DNA from: a virus
Taxonomy: Duplodnaviria; Caudoviricetes
IMG/VR virus record: IMGVR_UViG_2881966637_000002
Span: 1-64,000 of that record
DNA: 64,000 nt
Strand: one strand, 5' to 3'
Positions 62,474 to 64,000 of the stretch are shown here, in pieces; the first letter of the stretch is position 1; each line of letters opens with the position of its first letter. The notes beneath the pieces were generated by a model, which was not told the DNA's origin, did no database searches, and saw nothing but the letters and a program-made list of their open reading frames with translations. Made by a program: the position numbers and the translations under genes.

Positions 62474-62839
62474 TTATGAGGTGGTGAGGATCGATACAGG
62501 CAGGAACGCACGAGGGCTAAGCCAATAGGTATGGGGTCTGGGTCCATAGGCTACCAGCTCAGCGTATAGCAGTGATTTGATAGCAGTGGACAGGTCAGCG
62601 GGTTTCCCTCCTACGTGGTCGCGCATCTGCTTGCGTGTGAGTGTTGATAGTTTGGTGTCGGGGTCCAGTTTGGCAGCGAGTAAATACAGCATACGTAAAC
62701 CGGACGCTGGCAACTGTAGTATTTTGGTCAGTGTATAATCGTCAGGCTGGTATATGGTTGCTAACCTGGTTTCTGACCCAGTGCCGAAAGGGTTCTTTTT
62801 AGAAAGTGAATATCCGTCAACATATCTCATGTTAGTCAC
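62474..62839 (-). CDS. Winged-helix replication/maintenance protein (RepL-like)
   Basis: SGLRMLYLL...LTRKQM......LSTAIKSLL.AELV......YWLSP. Confidence 0.6.
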   Translation of the reverse strand: MTNMRYVDGYSLSKKNPFGTGSETRLATIYQPDDYTLTKILQLPASGLRMLYLLAAKLDPDTKLSTLTRKQMRDHVGGKPADLSTAIKSLLYAELVAYGPRPHTYWLSPRAFLPVSILTTS

Positions 62840-63315
62840 AACCTGTCAGTAAGTAGCTGAGTTTGTTACGGGACGAATACGGAGGGACGAACGAGGTTGG
62901 GGTTGGTGGGAATGGGTGAGGGGGTGGATAGTTACCTGAGGCAATATCGGGGTTTACCTAATGGGTTACCTGAGGGCTAAACTAGGCTAGGGGTCTGGGC
63001 GTAGTATTGGGGTAAATCAGGGAACAATACGGGCGTAGCGTCAGGTAACTTGAGGGGTATATCAGGGAAAAGCATCGGCAGTTACCTAGGGATTAGTATC
63101 GTCAGGTAACTGAGGAAAAGTACAGGAGTTACACAGGCAGGTAGCCGGGGGTCAGTAGCAGGAAAACAGCACAGATAAAGCAGTAAAAATTTATCTGTTG
63201 ATAGAGCACACGTCTGCGGATACCTCAACACCTGGTAGGCCAGGGCACCGGCCGACCGGTCGTATAGTTGTAGCCGTGGCTGGGACAAGGCAGGCCGTTC
63301 ACTCAAATAGTCTCA

Positions 63316-63759
63316 TTAGACCAGCGCAACCATTGGGCGACTATCCTTTTTCATTTGCTCAATGTGTTCTGCCTTGTTTGCTTCATACCTCAACATAAGG
63401 GCAGGAAGTACAGATTTTGGCTGCAACCTCAGAAATAGACGATTGTACAATTCAAACCCAGCCTGTTTAAACTTATGCATCCAAATAGCTTCATAGTACT
63501 TCAGCGTCTCCGGGTTGCACTCTTGAAGCATGGTGCATGTAAAAGATTCCTGTCCGTGCGTGTGGTAGTCACTTAGCATAAGATCAGAGAACAGTAACCC
63601 GCTTTTAGCCTGTGCCATGTGTGTGTAGAAGCGGTTCGACACGCAAGACGACGACCCAACATAAATACGCATAGTGCTTTTGCAGGTAAGCAGGTAAACC
63701 CCACAATCGGAAGGGTCTTGCAGGTAACTAGTGTAACCAGGATGATAAGTGCCGTACAT
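63316..63759 (-). CDS. GIY-YIG nuclease
   Basis: GVYLLTC....RIYVGSS....RFYTH ... D...HG.ESF ... E..W ... YN. Confidence 0.85.
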   Translation of the reverse strand: MYGTYHPGYTSYLQDPSDCGVYLLTCKSTMRIYVGSSSCVSNRFYTHMAQAKSGLLFSDLMLSDYHTHGQESFTCTMLQECNPETLKYYEAIWMHKFKQAGFELYNRLFLRLQPKSVLPALMLRYEANKAEHIEQMKKDSRPMVALV

Positions 63760-63833
63760 GGTTTTAATAAGTTATTTATAATAAAACGCTATATACACTT
63801 GCAGGGTTCAATTGAATTAAGTACTTTAGTACT

Positions 63834-64000
63834 ATGAAACCAATAACACCCTACCAATATGCCAAGCTTTGCGGAGTCTCAGCGCAGGCCATAAACCAGC
63901 GTATTCTACGAGGTACGCTACCCGTGATAAAGCACGAGAACCCGGACGGTTCAGTAAGCAACTATATAGATGCAGACGCGCACCCACCGGTAAAATTTGA
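63834..64000 (+). CDS. HTH DNA-binding protein (partial, runs off window)
   Basis: MKPITPYQYAKLCGVSAQAINQRILRGTL..., excisionase/Nu1-like HTH. Not in the ORF track. Confidence 0.65.
   Translation, partial: MKPITPYQYAKLCGVSAQAINQRILRGTLPVIKHENPDGSVSNYIDADAHPPVKF

Larger units (their letters stand above)
1..64000. mobile_element. Bacteroidota tailed phage genome segment with Crassvirales-like (podovirus-type) virion module
   Basis: Terminase, portal, capsid, muzzle, tailspike and lysis genes, tightly packed. No host housekeeping genes. Bacteroidota promoter and signal-peptide hallmarks. No integrase or att site in the window, so free phage versus prophage is undetermined. Confidence 0.93.

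Noticed and set aside
62213-63398. Short ORFs 62213-62440, 63082-63306 and 63198-63398
   Set aside because: Atypical composition, no Bacteroidota-like start context, located in a repeat-rich skewed region that is probably noncoding.
1-64000. Stop-codon reassignment as in some crAss-like phages
   Set aside because: Genes are intact and densely packed under the standard code, and TAG/TGA end genes that abut the next start.

Overview
The whole window is part of a tailed dsDNA phage (or prophage) genome of a Bacteroidota host. Evidence for the host: TAnnTTTG promoters, A-rich SD-less starts, Gln-after-cleavage signal peptides and D-S/T-hydrophobic sequons. The fairly high GC and host-like domains suggest Cytophagales, by inference. 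The virion module resembles Crassvirales/flavobacterial podoviruses and is almost all on the minus strand. Read right to left: small early/accessory genes with two wHTH genes and an origin-like noncoding region (55.9-64 kb); portal, ring proteins and muzzle/tail-stabilisation protein (45-55.8 kb); three ejection/cargo proteins, including a 2932-aa polyvalent protein with no recognisable RNA-polymerase motif (31-44.5 kb); a plus-strand accessory island (26.8-31 kb) with a PUA/ASCH-like protein, structured RNA leader, Acb2/Tad1-like sponge candidate, tRNA-like element, HAD RNA-repair phosphatase, XRE regulator and homing endonuclease; scaffold, major capsid and terminase genes (18.9-26.7 kb); Thr/Gly-linker appendage proteins, one with an SGNH esterase, plus tail fibres/tailspikes (5.9-18.6 kb); and a lysis cassette (1-5.9 kb) that encloses two signal-peptide-bearing proteins, one of them tailspike-like. 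No polymerase, primase, integrase, CRISPR, DGR or recoding evidence is present. Best candidates for undescribed biology: (i) Sec-exported tailspike-like proteins inside the lysis cassette; (ii) head-to-tail docking peptides linking fibre proteins; (iii) the RNA-centred anti-defence island; (iv) a [YF]xxGG-punctuated cargo protein; (v) a dispersed AAAAAACRTATTAATAC site. All family calls come from motif recognition by eye, not database searches.
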